Positions 18,170 to 29,190 of a stretch of 32,000 nt of DNA are shown piece after piece (within the stretch, counting starts at the first letter, position 1; every line of letters starts with the position of its first letter). Source of the stretch: Methanocaldococcus jannaschii DSM 2661 (GTDB lineage Archaea; AGJL01; Methanococci; Methanococcales; Methanocaldococcaceae); NCBI RefSeq assembly GCF_000091665.1, contig NC_000909.1:182871-214870 (forward strand), in the 5' to 3' direction. The translations under genes were made by a program, and so were the position numbers. The notes under the pieces were generated by a model. That model was not told the origin of the DNA. It did not search any database and was given only the letters and a program-made list of their open reading frames with translations.

Positions 18170-19264
18170 ATGAAACTACATGAATATGAAGCTAAAAATA
18201 TATTTAAAAAGTATGGTATCCCAGTTCCTGAGAGCTTTTTAGTATCTAAGGAAGATGATTTAAACAGTATAAATGTTGATAAAGAAGTTGTTTTAAAAGC
18301 CCAAGTTTTAGTTGGTGGAAGAGGAAAAGCAGGAGGAATTTTATTTGCATCAAATAAAGAAGAATTCATAAAGAAAGCAGAAGAGTTGTTTAATAAAGAA
18401 GTTAAAGGAGAAAAAGTTGAAAAAATTTTAGTTGAAGAGAAATTGCCAATAGAAAAAGAATACTATGTATCAATTATCATAGACAGAGATGCTAAAAAAC
18501 CGTTAATCATCTTCTCAACTGAGGGAGGAGTTGATATTGAAGAAGTCGCTGAAAAGAATCCAGAAAAGATTATAAAGTACCATATTGATGTTAGAAAACC
18601 TTTCCTCCCTTATATTGCAAGATGGATAGTTAAAGAGGCAAAATTGCCAAGCAATGAGATTGGAAAGGTTGCTGATGTTATTTATAAGTTATACAAAATC
18701 TTTAAAGAGTTGGATGCTACAATGGTTGAAATCAATCCATTGGTTATAACTAAAGATGGAAACGTCTATGCCGCTGATGCTGTTCTTCACTTAGATGATG
18801 ATGCAGCATTTAGACATAACTATGAAGAATTTGAAGAATATAAAAATAAAGAAAAATTACCATTTGCCTACGTTGAGTTGGATGGAGATGTGGCAGTTAT
18901 AGGTAATGGAGCTGGTTTAACTTTGGCAAGTATGGATATTATAAATAACCTCGGCAGAAAGCCAGCTTGCTTCTTAGATATTGGAGGAGGGGCTGATGCT
19001 GAAACTGTAAAATTGGCTTTGAGAAAGGTTTTAGAAAACAAAAATGTTAAGGGAATATTTATTAATATTTTAGGAGGAATAACAAGGTGTGATGAAGTAG
19101 CAAAGGGAATTGTTGAAGTTTTAAAAGAACATCCAAATGTAAAGTTTGCTGTTAGAATGATGGGAACTAATGAAGAGATTGGAAGAAAAATATTGGAAGA
19201 ACATGGAATACCTTATGAGACATCAATGGAAGAAGCAGGAAGAAAATTGATTGAACAGCTATAA
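18170..19264 (+). CDS. sucC: Succinate--CoA ligase subunit beta
   Basis: MKLHEYEAKNIFKKYGIPVP, QVLVGGRGKAGGI, LDIGGGADAE, INILGGITRCDEVAKG. Confidence 0.96.
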   Translation: MKLHEYEAKNIFKKYGIPVPESFLVSKEDDLNSINVDKEVVLKAQVLVGGRGKAGGILFASNKEEFIKKAEELFNKEVKGEKVEKILVEEKLPIEKEYYVSIIIDRDAKKPLIIFSTEGGVDIEEVAEKNPEKIIKYHIDVRKPFLPYIARWIVKEAKLPSNEIGKVADVIYKLYKIFKELDATMVEINPLVITKDGNVYAADAVLHLDDDAAFRHNYEEFEEYKNKEKLPFAYVELDGDVAVIGNGAGLTLASMDIINNLGRKPACFLDIGGGADAETVKLALRKVLENKNVKGIFINILGGITRCDEVAKGIVEVLKEHPNVKFAVRMMGTNEEIGRKILEEHGIPYETSMEEAGRKLIEQL

Positions 19265-19328
19265 CAAAATAATTTTTATTTTATATTATTTCCCATAATT
19301 TTTTAATTTGTTTAATAAGGTGGCTTTT

Positions 19329-19826
19329 ATGAACATCCCAATGATGGATTTAATAATGATTGTTATAGCCATAATTATAACAATTGGTAGTTTTTTATTT
19401 ATAGCATATTTAATTTTCAAATATTCAAAAATAAAGAAACAAGTTAAAATAATAAGAGAGGTTAAGATAAACCTACCTAAGATGTTAAAGAGTAATATGA
19501 TTAAAAATTCTTTTTTGATTATTTCATTACTATGCTTTTACTTTGGAATGCTGTATATTGCAGGAGAACTTGTAATATCTCATATATTATTCATTGCAAT
19601 ATGTTGGATTGTAGTATTCCTATACATTATTATAAAGGGAGAAACCAGAGGGTATATTTGTGAAGAGGGGTTATTAGTAAGCGGAGTTCTTTATTCATGG
19701 AAGGAGTTTAAAGATGTTAAAATAGAAGACAACTACATAATACTAACAACCCCAATACATAAGATAGTTATTAAAAAAGAAAAAGGCGTTGAAAATATAC
19801 TAAAAAATTACTTAAAAAGAAATTAA
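19329..19826 (+). CDS. Hypothetical membrane protein
   Basis: Two hydrophobic regions and a soluble C-terminal part; ATG 19329 has SD aaggtgg. The track start at 19308 is less supported. Confidence 0.6.
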   Translation: MNIPMMDLIMIVIAIIITIGSFLFIAYLIFKYSKIKKQVKIIREVKINLPKMLKSNMIKNSFLIISLLCFYFGMLYIAGELVISHILFIAICWIVVFLYIIIKGETRGYICEEGLLVSGVLYSWKEFKDVKIEDNYIILTTPIHKIVIKKEKGVENILKNYLKRN

Positions 19827-19841
19827 ATTGTTGGTGGAAAA

Positions 19842-20759
19842 ATGATATTAGTTACTGGAGGAGCAGGTTTTATTGGTAGTCATATAGTGGATAAACTAAT
19901 CGAAAACAACTACGATGTAATTATCTTAGATAATTTAACAACAGGAAATAAAAATAACATAAATCCAAAGGCAGAGTTTGTAAATGCAGATATTAGAGAT
20001 AAAGACTTAGATGAAAAAATTAATTTTAAAGATGTTGAAGTTGTTATACATCAAGCAGCTCAAATAAACGTTAGAAATTCTGTTGAAAATCCAGTATATG
20101 ATGGAGACATCAATGTTTTAGGAACTATAAATATCTTAGAGATGATGAGAAAATACGATATAGATAAAATTGTATTCGCATCTTCTGGTGGAGCAGTTTA
20201 TGGAGAACCAAATTATTTGCCAGTAGATGAAAATCATCCAATAAACCCATTATCTCCTTATGGGTTAAGTAAATACGTGGGAGAGGAATATATTAAGCTA
20301 TACAACCGTTTATATGGAATTGAATATGCAATTTTGAGATATTCAAATGTCTATGGAGAGAGGCAAGACCCAAAAGGAGAGGCTGGAGTTATAAGCATAT
20401 TTATAGATAAAATGTTAAAAAACCAAAGCCCAATTATTTTTGGAGATGGAAATCAAACAAGGGATTTTGTCTATGTTGGAGATGTAGCTAAAGCTAATTT
20501 AATGGCTTTAAATTGGAAGAATGAGATAGTAAATATTGGGACTGGAAAAGAGACATCAGTAAATGAATTATTTGATATAATAAAGCATGAGATTGGGTTT
20601 AGAGGAGAAGCAATATATGATAAACCAAGAGAGGGAGAGGTCTATAGAATTTATCTGGATATAAAAAAGGCAGAATCTTTAGGTTGGAAGCCAGAGATTG
20701 ATTTAAAAGAGGGAATAAAGAGAGTCGTTAATTGGATGAAAAATAATAATAGGACATAG
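19842..20759 (+). CDS. NAD-dependent UDP-glucose 4-epimerase-like protein (extended SDR)
   Basis: MILVTGGAGFIGSHIVDKLIE, HQAAQINVRNSVENP, YGLSKYVGEEY, RYSNVYGERQDP. Confidence 0.93.
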   Translation: MILVTGGAGFIGSHIVDKLIENNYDVIILDNLTTGNKNNINPKAEFVNADIRDKDLDEKINFKDVEVVIHQAAQINVRNSVENPVYDGDINVLGTINILEMMRKYDIDKIVFASSGGAVYGEPNYLPVDENHPINPLSPYGLSKYVGEEYIKLYNRLYGIEYAILRYSNVYGERQDPKGEAGVISIFIDKMLKNQSPIIFGDGNQTRDFVYVGDVAKANLMALNWKNEIVNIGTGKETSVNELFDIIKHEIGFRGEAIYDKPREGEVYRIYLDIKKAESLGWKPEIDLKEGIKRVVNWMKNNNRT

Positions 20760-20885
20760 CCTCATATTGTGATATATCCTATTAACTTTTAATGAAACTT
20801 TTTTAAAATCCGATGAAAGGTTTAAATAGATGATGAAATTATTTCTATATATCTTTAATCTAACAACTCAAGAAAGGTTGAGAGC

Positions 20886-21149
20886 ATGGATAATGTAGTG
20901 TTGATAGGGAAGAAGCCAGTGATGAACTACGTTGTAGCAGTTCTAACACAGCTAACAAGCAATGATGAAGTGATAATAAAAGCAAGAGGAAAAGCTATCA
21001 ACAAAGCAGTGGATGTTGCAGAGATGATAAGAAACAGATTTATAAAGGACATAAAAATTAAAAAAATAGAGATAGGAACTGATAAAGTGAAGAACCCAGA
21101 TGGTAGAGAAGTTAATGTTTCAACGATTGAAATTGTTTTAGCTAAATAA
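20886..21149 (+). CDS. albA: DNA/RNA-binding protein Alba
   Basis: [45 protein letters not shown]. Confidence 0.95.
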   Translation: MDNVVLIGKKPVMNYVVAVLTQLTSNDEVIIKARGKAINKAVDVAEMIRNRFIKDIKIKKIEIGTDKVKNPDGREVNVSTIEIVLAK

Positions 21150-21263
21150 ATTTTATAATTCTTTTTTATAAGGTAAGTTTTGATAATACATTATATTTTC
21201 TCAACATTAAAATGTCTTCATTTTAATCTCGCTAAATAATCATAAATCTCAAAAGGTGTTGAT

Positions 21264-21713
21264 ATGCTAAATTCTATAAAACTTAGTGCAATAGTTCATG
21301 CCACAGAGGATGAGGATAAGGTTTTAGAGGCGATAGAATTTTTTATTCCTGAGAACGTTGATGAGGAAAAAATAGACTTAGATGTTGTTGAAACGCAGGG
21401 ATACTTTGGAAACCCAATAAAAATTATCAATGTCAATGTTGAAGGAAAAGAGGCTAAGAAGATATTTAAACATATTATAGATTTAATAAAATCAGATGAT
21501 AAAAATATAAATAAACTGAAGAAAGATTTACACTTAAGAGTTGAGGATAACAAATTTTATGTTAGATTTGATAAGCAGAAGGCTTATTTGGGAGAGTGTA
21601 GAGTTGTAGATGGTGATGATATTATAAGAGCTGTTTTCAACTTTAAAATATTTACTCCAAAAAATAAGGAGGAGAAGGTTAAGGAAATTGTCGCTAACGA
21701 ACTCGGATTTTAA
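21264..21713 (+). CDS. RNA-binding domain protein (DUF54 type)
   Basis: LSAIVHATEDEDKVLEAIEFFIP...TQGYFGNPIKIINVNVEG. Confidence 0.8.
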   Translation: MLNSIKLSAIVHATEDEDKVLEAIEFFIPENVDEEKIDLDVVETQGYFGNPIKIINVNVEGKEAKKIFKHIIDLIKSDDKNINKLKKDLHLRVEDNKFYVRFDKQKAYLGECRVVDGDDIIRAVFNFKIFTPKNKEEKVKEIVANELGF

Positions 21714-21802
21714 AATTATTAAGATTTTTATAGTTTTGATTAAACCTTTTTAAAAAGTTGGATTAAGGAAATTGTTATTAAAGGGCTAAAATTGGGATAA
21801 AT

Positions 21803-22177
21803 ATGCATGAATTATCTTACGCCAATGCCATGCTTGAAGCAATATTAAACAGCATAAAAAAAGAGGAAGAAAAAGGAAAGAAAATAAAAAAAGTTACAGA
21901 AATCAACTTAGAAGTTGGAGAACTAACATTTATCAATGTTGAGCAGTTAAAATTTGCATTTGAAGTTATTGCTGAAGGAACTGTATGTGAGGGAGCTAAA
22001 ATTAACGTTGAATTTATAAAACCAAAGTGTAAATGCTTAGACTGTGGATATGAGGGAGAACCAGAGATTTTAGATGAATTTGAGGTCTATTGCCCAAAGT
22101 GTAAAAGTATAAGATTAAAATTATCTGGAGGGAAGGAGTTTAATATAAAAAATGCCACAGTTGAGTATGAAGATTAA
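21803..22177 (+). CDS. hypA: Hydrogenase nickel insertion protein HypA
   Basis: MHELSYANAMLEAI N-terminus, C-terminal zinc site CKCLDCGYEGE...YCPKCKS. Confidence 0.95.
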   Translation: MHELSYANAMLEAILNSIKKEEEKGKKIKKVTEINLEVGELTFINVEQLKFAFEVIAEGTVCEGAKINVEFIKPKCKCLDCGYEGEPEILDEFEVYCPKCKSIRLKLSGGKEFNIKNATVEYED

Positions 22178-22313
22178 AGAGAAAAAAGATAGCAGTCATT
22201 TTATTTAATATTAAAGCATAAACCTTATTTTCACATTAACTATTATTTAATGTATTATCCCCTACTAAATATTTTTTACCCTACATTTTGTAAATATGGA
22301 TTTCTCAAGATAG

Positions 22314-22793
22314 TTACCCTCTCTTTTTCATTTTCAAATACTCTATTACAAACTCTTCCTGCTCTTCTGTCTCAACTGCACACTCACAATAACGCTCTCT
22401 AACATACTCTATTGGATTTTTAATCCCATTTAATCCAGCCCATACGGCTAAAACAGTTCCCGTCCTCCCATGCCCACCAATACAAGAAACAACAACCTCC
22501 TTTTCTTTAGAAACATGATATTTTATAAAATCAACAATCAAATCCATATCTTCAACAGTCGGAATACCATAATCCTCAATTGGCACATATAATGTCGGAA
22601 TTCTCATCGGATATTCTATAATTTCACACCATCTCCTTAACCATAACTCATCCAATATCACAAAACCTCCAATCTTATCCATTAAATGAAATGGAAAATT
22701 AGGAAAGCTTGCTGGTCTTACACCAAAAATACTAACTTCACCATTATGCTTGCATCTTCCCATGCTCTCACACTTAAGTATGGCAATATACAA
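22314..22793 (-). CDS. Dual-specificity/tyrosine phosphatase-like protein
   Basis: CX5R loop VVSCIGGHGRTGTVLAVWAGL. Confidence 0.82.
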   Translation of the reverse strand: MYIAILKCESMGRCKHNGEVSIFGVRPASFPNFPFHLMDKIGGFVILDELWLRRWCEIIEYPMRIPTLYVPIEDYGIPTVEDMDLIVDFIKYHVSKEKEVVVSCIGGHGRTGTVLAVWAGLNGIKNPIEYVRERYCECAVETEEQEEFVIEYLKMKKRG

Positions 22794-22869
22794 ATATAAA
22801 TGAATAAAAATAAATTAAAATTAATATTATCAAAAATCTTAAAAAAGTTTAAAAATTAAAATTTAGAAT

Positions 22870-24267
22870 TTATTTCTTTCTGTATTTTGGATGATACTTC
22901 TCAATTAACTCCCTATCAACTCTCTTCAACTCTTCTTCTGGTAATATAGCTAACAACTCCCATAACAAGTCAAGAGTTTCCTCTATACTTCTATCCTCAT
23001 CCTTTCCTTGTCTAACAAACTTATCTTCAAACTCATCTGCAAACTTCAAGTATGCCCTATCCCTATCTGTCAATGCCTCTTCCCCAACAACAGCAACTAA
23101 ATCTCTTAAACTTCTACCCTCTGCATAGGCAGCATAAGCCTGGTTAACAACTTTTTTATGGTCTTCTCTTGTTTTTCCTGGACCCTGTCCGTTTCCAGCC
23201 AATCTTGATAATGATGGAAGAACATCAACTGGTGGGTAGATACCTTTTCTGTGCAACTCTCTTGATAAGACAATCTGCCCCTCTGTAATATAACCAGTTA
23301 AGTCAGGAATTGGGTGAGTTATATCATCATCTGGCATTGTCAAGATTGGAATTTGAGTTATTGTTCCTGTTCTACCTTTAACTCTACCAGCTCTTTCATA
23401 GATTGTAGCCAAGTCAGTATACATGTAACCTGGGTAACCTCTTCTTCCCGGAACCTCGTTTCTTGCTGCTGAGATTTCTCTTAACGCCTCACAGTAGTTT
23501 GTCATATCTGTTAGGATAACAAGAACGTGCATATCCTTCTCATAAGCTAAGTATTCAGCAACAGTTAAAGCAATTCTTGGTGTTAAAATTCTCTCAATTG
23601 CAGGGTCGTCAGCTAAGTTTATGAAGACAACTGCTCTCTCTAAAGCTCCTGTCTTTCTAAACTCTTCCATGAAGAAGTTTGCCTCTTCTGATGTAATACC
23701 CATTGCTGCAAAGACAACTGCGAATTTCTCTCCTTCTCCTCTAACCTTTGCCTGTCTTGCAATCTGTGCAGCTAACTGGTTGTGTGGCAAACCAGAACCT
23801 GAGAAGATTGGCAGTTTCTGCCCTCTAACTAATGTATTCATTCCATCAATTGTTGAAATACCTGTTTGGATGAAATCACTTGGAACTTTTCTTGAAACAG
23901 GGTTTAATGGATAACCATTAATATCTAACTCTTTCTCAGGAACTATTTCTGGTCCTCCATCAATTGGTTTCCCTGCTCCGTTGAATATTCTTCCTAACAT
24001 TTCCATTGAAACTCCAATCTTAGCAGTTCTTCCTGTGAATCTTACTCTTGTATCTTTTGTGCTTAATCCTGTTGTTCCCTCAAATACCTGAACAACTGCT
24101 AAACCCTCTCTTGCCTCCAAAACCTGTCCCATTCTCTTCTCTCCATCTGGACAGATAACCTCAACAATCTCTCCATAAGCTGCTCCTTCAACTCCCTCAA
24201 CGATTAACAAAGGTCCTGCAATACTCTTAACTGATGAGTATTCAATTGCTGATGCTGCTGTAGCCAT
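22870..24267 (-). CDS. atpB: A-type ATP synthase subunit B
   Basis: [54 protein letters not shown]. Confidence 0.97.
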   Translation of the reverse strand: MATAASAIEYSSVKSIAGPLLIVEGVEGAAYGEIVEVICPDGEKRMGQVLEAREGLAVVQVFEGTTGLSTKDTRVRFTGRTAKIGVSMEMLGRIFNGAGKPIDGGPEIVPEKELDINGYPLNPVSRKVPSDFIQTGISTIDGMNTLVRGQKLPIFSGSGLPHNQLAAQIARQAKVRGEGEKFAVVFAAMGITSEEANFFMEEFRKTGALERAVVFINLADDPAIERILTPRIALTVAEYLAYEKDMHVLVILTDMTNYCEALREISAARNEVPGRRGYPGYMYTDLATIYERAGRVKGRTGTITQIPILTMPDDDITHPIPDLTGYITEGQIVLSRELHRKGIYPPVDVLPSLSRLAGNGQGPGKTREDHKKVVNQAYAAYAEGRSLRDLVAVVGEEALTDRDRAYLKFADEFEDKFVRQGKDEDRSIEETLDLLWELLAILPEEELKRVDRELIEKYHPKYRKK

Positions 24268-24313
24268 ATCATCACCTCAAATAAAGAGTTTGTAAAGTTT
24301 TAAGGAAAGGAAT

Positions 24314-26077
24314 TTAGTTTAATGAACCTAATTCATTCTTAATTTTCTCCATTATTTCTTTTGATTTAACATTTATAAACTCATCGTGTGGGATGTATTT
24401 CATTCTTGCAATATCTTGCTTAACTGAAACTCCTAAAATCTTAGCTGGTTCAACTCCTCTTTCAACTGCCTTCAATGCTTCTTGGTAGAATGTCATAATT
24501 ATCTTTAACATTAAGTACTGTTTCATTGGAGGACAGTAGGTATCTACCTCATCAAACGCATCTTGCTGTAAGAAATCCTCCCTCAACATTCTTGCAACTT
24601 CTAAAATAACTCTCTCCCTATCTGGCAATGCATCAGGCCCAACTAACTGAACAATCTCTTGCAACTCTGCCTCTTTTTGTAATAAGCTCATTGCTTCATC
24701 TCTTAATTGTCTCCAATCTGGACCAGTATTTGTGTTCCACCACTCTGTAACATCATCAATGTATAATGAATAACTCTGCAACCAGTTGATAGCTGGGAAG
24801 TGTCTTCTTCTTGCCAAGTTTGCATCTAACGCCCAGAATACCTTAACTATCCTTAGTGTGTTTGATGTAACTGGTTCTGAGAAGTCCCCTCCTGGTGGTG
24901 AAACAGCTCCAACGATACAAACGAATCCTTGTCTGTTATCTTTCCCTAAGGTTATAACTCTTCCAGCTCTTTCATAGAACTGAGCCAATCTTGAAGCTAA
25001 GTATGCTGGATACCCTTCTTCCCCTGGCATTTCTTCCAATCTACCTGAAATTTCTCTCATTGCCTCTGCCCATCTTGATGTTGAATCTGCTGTTAATAAA
25101 ACTCCATAACCCATATCTCTGAAGTACTCTGCAATTGTAATTCCTGTATAGACAGATGCTTCCCTTGCAGCGACAGGCATGTTTGATGTGTTGGCTATTA
25201 ATACAGTTCTATCCATTAATTTGTTTCCAGTTCTAATATCTTCTAAGTGTGGGAACTCTTCAATAACCTCTGTCATCTCGTTTCCTCTTTCTCCACATCC
25301 GATATAAACAACGACATCAGCGTCAGACCACTTTGCCAACTGATGCTGAGTAACCGTTTTTCCTGAACCGAATGGACCTGGAATTGCTGCTGTTCCTCCT
25401 TTTGCTAATGTAAAGAAAGTGTCTTCAACTCTTTGCCCTGTAATTAATGGAATTTCTGGAGGTAGTTTCTCTTTATATGGTCTTGGTTTTCTTACTGGCC
25501 ATTTTTGCATCATTGTAATTTCTTTCCTTTCTCCATTTTCTGTTTCTACAACTGCAACTGTCTCTTCAACTGTAAATTTACCCTCTTTTATTTCAACAAT
25601 TTTTCCTTTAACACCAATTGGAACTAAGATTTTATGAACTATTGAAGGAGTTTCATCAACAGTTCCAATTATGTCTCCTTCTTCAACATAATCTCCTTCA
25701 TTTACCACTGGTTTAAATTCCCATTTTATATCTCTTGGTAATGCAGGGACATCAACTCCTCTTGGGATAAAGATTGAACCTGTTTTCTCTTCAATTGCTG
25801 TTAAAGGCCTCTGAATACCATCATACATAGCTCTTAACATCCCTGGCCCTAATTCAACAGACAATGGAGCTCCAGTACCAACAACTGGCTCTCCTGGTTT
25901 AATTCCAGATGTTTCTTCATAAACCTGAATAACTGCTTTATCATCGTGCAACTGAATGATTTCTCCAGTCAATTTCTCTTCTCCTACTTTAACGACCTCA
26001 TACATCTGAGCTCCTTTCATTCCCTCTGCAACTACAACAGGCCCTGCGATTTTAATAATCTTACCAACAACTGGCAT
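24314..26077 (-). CDS. atpA: A-type ATP synthase catalytic subunit A, no intein
   Basis: Walker [36 protein letters not shown] uninterrupted. ATG 26077 ([15 protein letters not shown]) is preceded by gaggttg; upstream ATG 26098 is an alternative. Confidence 0.96.
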   Translation of the reverse strand: MPVVGKIIKIAGPVVVAEGMKGAQMYEVVKVGEEKLTGEIIQLHDDKAVIQVYEETSGIKPGEPVVGTGAPLSVELGPGMLRAMYDGIQRPLTAIEEKTGSIFIPRGVDVPALPRDIKWEFKPVVNEGDYVEEGDIIGTVDETPSIVHKILVPIGVKGKIVEIKEGKFTVEETVAVVETENGERKEITMMQKWPVRKPRPYKEKLPPEIPLITGQRVEDTFFTLAKGGTAAIPGPFGSGKTVTQHQLAKWSDADVVVYIGCGERGNEMTEVIEEFPHLEDIRTGNKLMDRTVLIANTSNMPVAAREASVYTGITIAEYFRDMGYGVLLTADSTSRWAEAMREISGRLEEMPGEEGYPAYLASRLAQFYERAGRVITLGKDNRQGFVCIVGAVSPPGGDFSEPVTSNTLRIVKVFWALDANLARRRHFPAINWLQSYSLYIDDVTEWWNTNTGPDWRQLRDEAMSLLQKEAELQEIVQLVGPDALPDRERVILEVARMLREDFLQQDAFDEVDTYCPPMKQYLMLKIIMTFYQEALKAVERGVEPAKILGVSVKQDIARMKYIPHDEFINVKSKEIMEKIKNELGSLN

Positions 26078-26137
26078 ATTCTCAACCTCTCTTTTCATTT
26101 AACGTTTTTATTGGTTTTATCGTAATCTTAGTTATCA

Positions 26138-26434
26138 TTATTTCATTGAAACTCCAATTGCTTTTCTTATTAACTCTTTAACTGGGTCTATTCTCTCAAG
26201 CTTACCATGCTTATCTGGGATTTCAACGATAACCTTATTTATATTTTTTAACTTGTCTTTTATACTTTCAGCTATCCTCTCAGTGATAATTATGAAGGCT
26301 ATGTTTTCATTGTTTGCAAGCTCGTTAATTGCTTTTACTGCCTCTTCATCATTCTTAACTTCATAAACATCAGTTAAACCAGCCAGCCTAAAACCAATGG
26401 CGGTTTCTCTATCTCCAACAACGCCAACTTTCAT
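26138..26434 (-). CDS. atpF: A-type ATP synthase subunit F
   Basis: MKVGVVGDRETAIGFRLAGL, FIIITERIAESI. Confidence 0.95.
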   Translation of the reverse strand: MKVGVVGDRETAIGFRLAGLTDVYEVKNDEEAVKAINELANNENIAFIIITERIAESIKDKLKNINKVIVEIPDKHGKLERIDPVKELIRKAIGVSMK

Positions 26435-26444
26435 TTTACCTCAC

Positions 26445-27644
26445 CTACAATGATATAAGCAGAGACCTTATTTCTTCTGGCTTTAAGTTTTCTATTTTAC
26501 CTTTAATTATTGCCTTAAGGTTTTTAACTTCAAGCTCTTTGCTAACAATCAGGCCAATAATTGGACCTACACCAAATGGTTTTCTTGTTGATAGTTTTTT
26601 ACCTTTCTCTAATACAAATTTATCCAATGCCTTTTCAAATGCATAGATGGATTTTGTTTTCTCATACTCTTCCATTGCTTCAGCTAAAACTTCAGCATAG
26701 CTTGTTCCTTCTAAACCGCTTAAAACTCCCTCAATACCTCCAGCACTCATCAAATCTTTTAACTTCCAATCAGCCAATTCATAGCCAGTTAAAGTTACAT
26801 ATTTGCTTAGTTCTTCAGCTGATAAACCGTCTGCTTTACCTTTTAATATAACTTTCAAGTTTTCAACATCAATTATTGTCCCTACAAACTCTCTAAAGAT
26901 ATCTTCTTCTTTACCTTCAGTCATTATGGTTTTTCTTAAACTCTCTAAGTAGTATTTATCCAATGCCAACTCAAATCCTATTATGTTAGATGTTTGATCA
27001 TAGTTTGATAACTCCTCCTGCAATATCTTAAAGTATTCAGTGCCGTCTAAACCTCTAACAACTTCTTCAACTGTTTTAACTTCAGCCAATTCTTTTAATT
27101 TTTCAACAGGTATATTTCCTAATGGTATTAGCAAAGCATAAGTTTCCTCAGCACTTAATCCTACGAATTTAGCTCTTATTAATGTTTTTATATTTTTGAT
27201 ATCAAATTTTTTGGCAAATACTTTAAGGACTTTCTTTGCACTGTCTGGAGATATTCTATATATCAATCCATACAAGTCAGCTAAATACATATCTAATGCC
27301 TTTTCAACAGCAACAGGGTCTTTTAATTCGTTCATAACCTCTATAACATATTGCCCGTAATCAGTATCTTCTAACAATCCAACTAATTCTTCTAAGCTGC
27401 CAGATTCAATCAATTCATTTAATTTAGCATCATCAAACAATTTTGCTTCTTTACTCCTTATTCTTGCATTAACATAAGCATAAGGAGCTAAATCAATGAC
27501 CATCTTTGTAATCCATACGATTACAATAAGAACAATGATTATAGTTGCTACAACAATAAGCAATGTTAAAGGGTTATCAAAATATGTCATTATAGCAGAG
27601 TATAACTTCTCCAAATCTAACAATGTCTCTATATCCATCGCCAT
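26445..27644 (-). CDS. atpC: A-type ATP synthase subunit C
   Basis: YAYVNARIRSKEAKLF and position within operon between E and F. Confidence 0.94.
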   Translation of the reverse strand: MAMDIETLLDLEKLYSAIMTYFDNPLTLLIVVATIIIVLIVIVWITKMVIDLAPYAYVNARIRSKEAKLFDDAKLNELIESGSLEELVGLLEDTDYGQYVIEVMNELKDPVAVEKALDMYLADLYGLIYRISPDSAKKVLKVFAKKFDIKNIKTLIRAKFVGLSAEETYALLIPLGNIPVEKLKELAEVKTVEEVVRGLDGTEYFKILQEELSNYDQTSNIIGFELALDKYYLESLRKTIMTEGKEEDIFREFVGTIIDVENLKVILKGKADGLSAEELSKYVTLTGYELADWKLKDLMSAGGIEGVLSGLEGTSYAEVLAEAMEEYEKTKSIYAFEKALDKFVLEKGKKLSTRKPFGVGPIIGLIVSKELEVKNLKAIIKGKIENLKPEEIRSLLISL

Positions 27645-27656
27645 TAGGCATCACCT

Positions 27657-27707
27657 TTAGAACAACTTCTCTGTAATTCTCGCCCTCCATAGGAAAACCC
27701 TATTGAA
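27657..27707 (-). pseudogene. vestigial duplicate of the atpE 3' end
   Basis: Reads [16 protein letters not shown], against the authentic AtpE C-terminus [17 protein letters not shown] (27748-27801); differences in the shared codons are largely synonymous. Confidence 0.65.
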
Positions 27708-27747
27708 ATACCGAATTCATTAGAGAGGCAATTAGTATCTTGTTATT

Positions 27748-28368
27748 TTAGAATAATTTTTCTGTAATTCTCGCTCTAATTACATTTAAGTTTCTGTTGA
27801 ATATTGCTTCTAAGCTGTTATCCAATGATTTTAATCCATCAGCAGTCTCTATTATACATCCTCCAGCAATATCTACTGGTTCTCCTTTCTTTAATACAGT
27901 TACTTTCTTTGTTGCGTTTTCTACTTCTTTTTCTAAGTTCCATAGTGTTGAATCGTCAATAAGTTCCATATCTCTTTTGTTTAACCTCACAATCAACTCT
28001 CCTCCTCCCAATGAAATAGCTCCATCTTTTATTAATTTTATTAATTTATCTTTATACTCTGGCTGTTCTGGCAGTTTAACAAGTTCCTCTTTTAATTTGT
28101 TTATTGCCATCTCTATAATCTCTTCCTTAGCTTCCAATAACTTTTTCTTTGCCTCTAATTTTGCCTCTGAGATGATTCTGCTTTTAGTCATTTCTGCCTC
28201 TTTTTCTCCTTTCTTTAATATCTCTGCCTTTCTTTTCTCTGCTTCTTCTTTTGCTTTCTCTAAGATTTTAGCTTTTTCTGCTTCAGCTTCAGATATGATT
28301 TTGTTAGCCTCAGCTTTTGCATCATCTAATATCTTTGACTTTATCTTATCAACTCCCATCAATTTCAC
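27748..28368 (-). CDS. atpE: A-type ATP synthase subunit E
   Basis: Charged N-terminal coiled coil [32 protein letters not shown]...; operon position. Confidence 0.95.
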   Translation of the reverse strand: MKLMGVDKIKSKILDDAKAEANKIISEAEAEKAKILEKAKEEAEKRKAEILKKGEKEAEMTKSRIISEAKLEAKKKLLEAKEEIIEMAINKLKEELVKLPEQPEYKDKLIKLIKDGAISLGGGELIVRLNKRDMELIDDSTLWNLEKEVENATKKVTVLKKGEPVDIAGGCIIETADGLKSLDNSLEAIFNRNLNVIRARITEKLF

Positions 28369-28424
28369 CTGTTAAAATTAAATTTTTATAAAAATTTTTA
28401 AATTCAAAGAAGGAGCTGAGTGTT

Positions 28425-29087
28425 TTATTTTATCATAAGCATAATTAAGATTGCTATCAACAAACCAAAGATAGCGAAGGTTTCTGGCATAACTGCCAAA
28501 ACTAACCCCTTACCCATAGCATCTGGGTCTCTTGCTGTGGCTCCAATAGCCCCAGCTGCTGTAATACCTTGCCCAATCCCTGACAATCCAGCAAAACCAA
28601 CTGCAAACCCTGCCCCTAAAGCGGCAACAGTTTCAGCTCCTGCATTGCCTTTAAAGACACCAACTAATAACAAGATGGCTATTAACAAACCATAGATTGC
28701 CTGGGTCTCTGGAAGGACAGAGAAAACCATTGCCTTACCAAATATGCTGTTATCTTCAGCAACAGCTCCCAAACCAGCTGAAGCAGCAATTCCCTGACCA
28801 ATAGCTGATAATCCAGCTAAACCAGCTGCCAAACCAGCGGCAAACATTGCCCATGGTGAAACTGTCTTAAAGACGAACAAGATAAGGATAGCAACTAAAA
28901 ACCCATACAAACCCTGTGTCTGTGGTAACGCTTGGAAAACGATAGCAGTACCAAATTTGTTAGGGTCTTCTGCTACTACACCAGCACCACTTGCTCCTGT
29001 AATACCTGCACCAATTCCAGAACCTAAACCTGCAATACCAACTGCTAAACCAGCACCAACAGCTCCTAAGATTAAAGGATCTACCAT
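28425..29087 (-). CDS. atpK: A-type ATP synthase subunit K (proteolipid), triplicated hairpin
   Basis: 220 aa with three glycine-rich hairpin repeats: GAGLAVGIAGLGSGIG..LPQTQGLYG, AAGLAGLSAIGQGI..LPETQAIYG, AVGFAGLSGIGQGI..MPETFAIFG. Confidence 0.95.
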   Translation of the reverse strand: MVDPLILGAVGAGLAVGIAGLGSGIGAGITGASGAGVVAEDPNKFGTAIVFQALPQTQGLYGFLVAILILFVFKTVSPWAMFAAGLAAGLAGLSAIGQGIAASAGLGAVAEDNSIFGKAMVFSVLPETQAIYGLLIAILLLVGVFKGNAGAETVAALGAGFAVGFAGLSGIGQGITAAGAIGATARDPDAMGKGLVLAVMPETFAIFGLLIAILIMLMIK

Positions 29088-29190
29088 ATAATATCACCTC
29101 ATTTTTGTCTAAGTTTTAAGTTGTATTTTTTGTTTTTATATTTTATTGTTATATTGAGTATTGGAAAGATTTAAATAATCTTGAAAGAAG

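Noticed and set aside
24314-26077. Possible intein in atpA, as known in some other archaea
   Set aside because: The P-loop [13 protein letters not shown] and flanks are contiguous and the length is normal, with no intein blocks.
28425-29087. Repeated DNA in atpK as a mobile or tandem-repeat artefact
   Set aside because: It is the in-frame triplication of the proteolipid hairpin, an established feature of this lineage.
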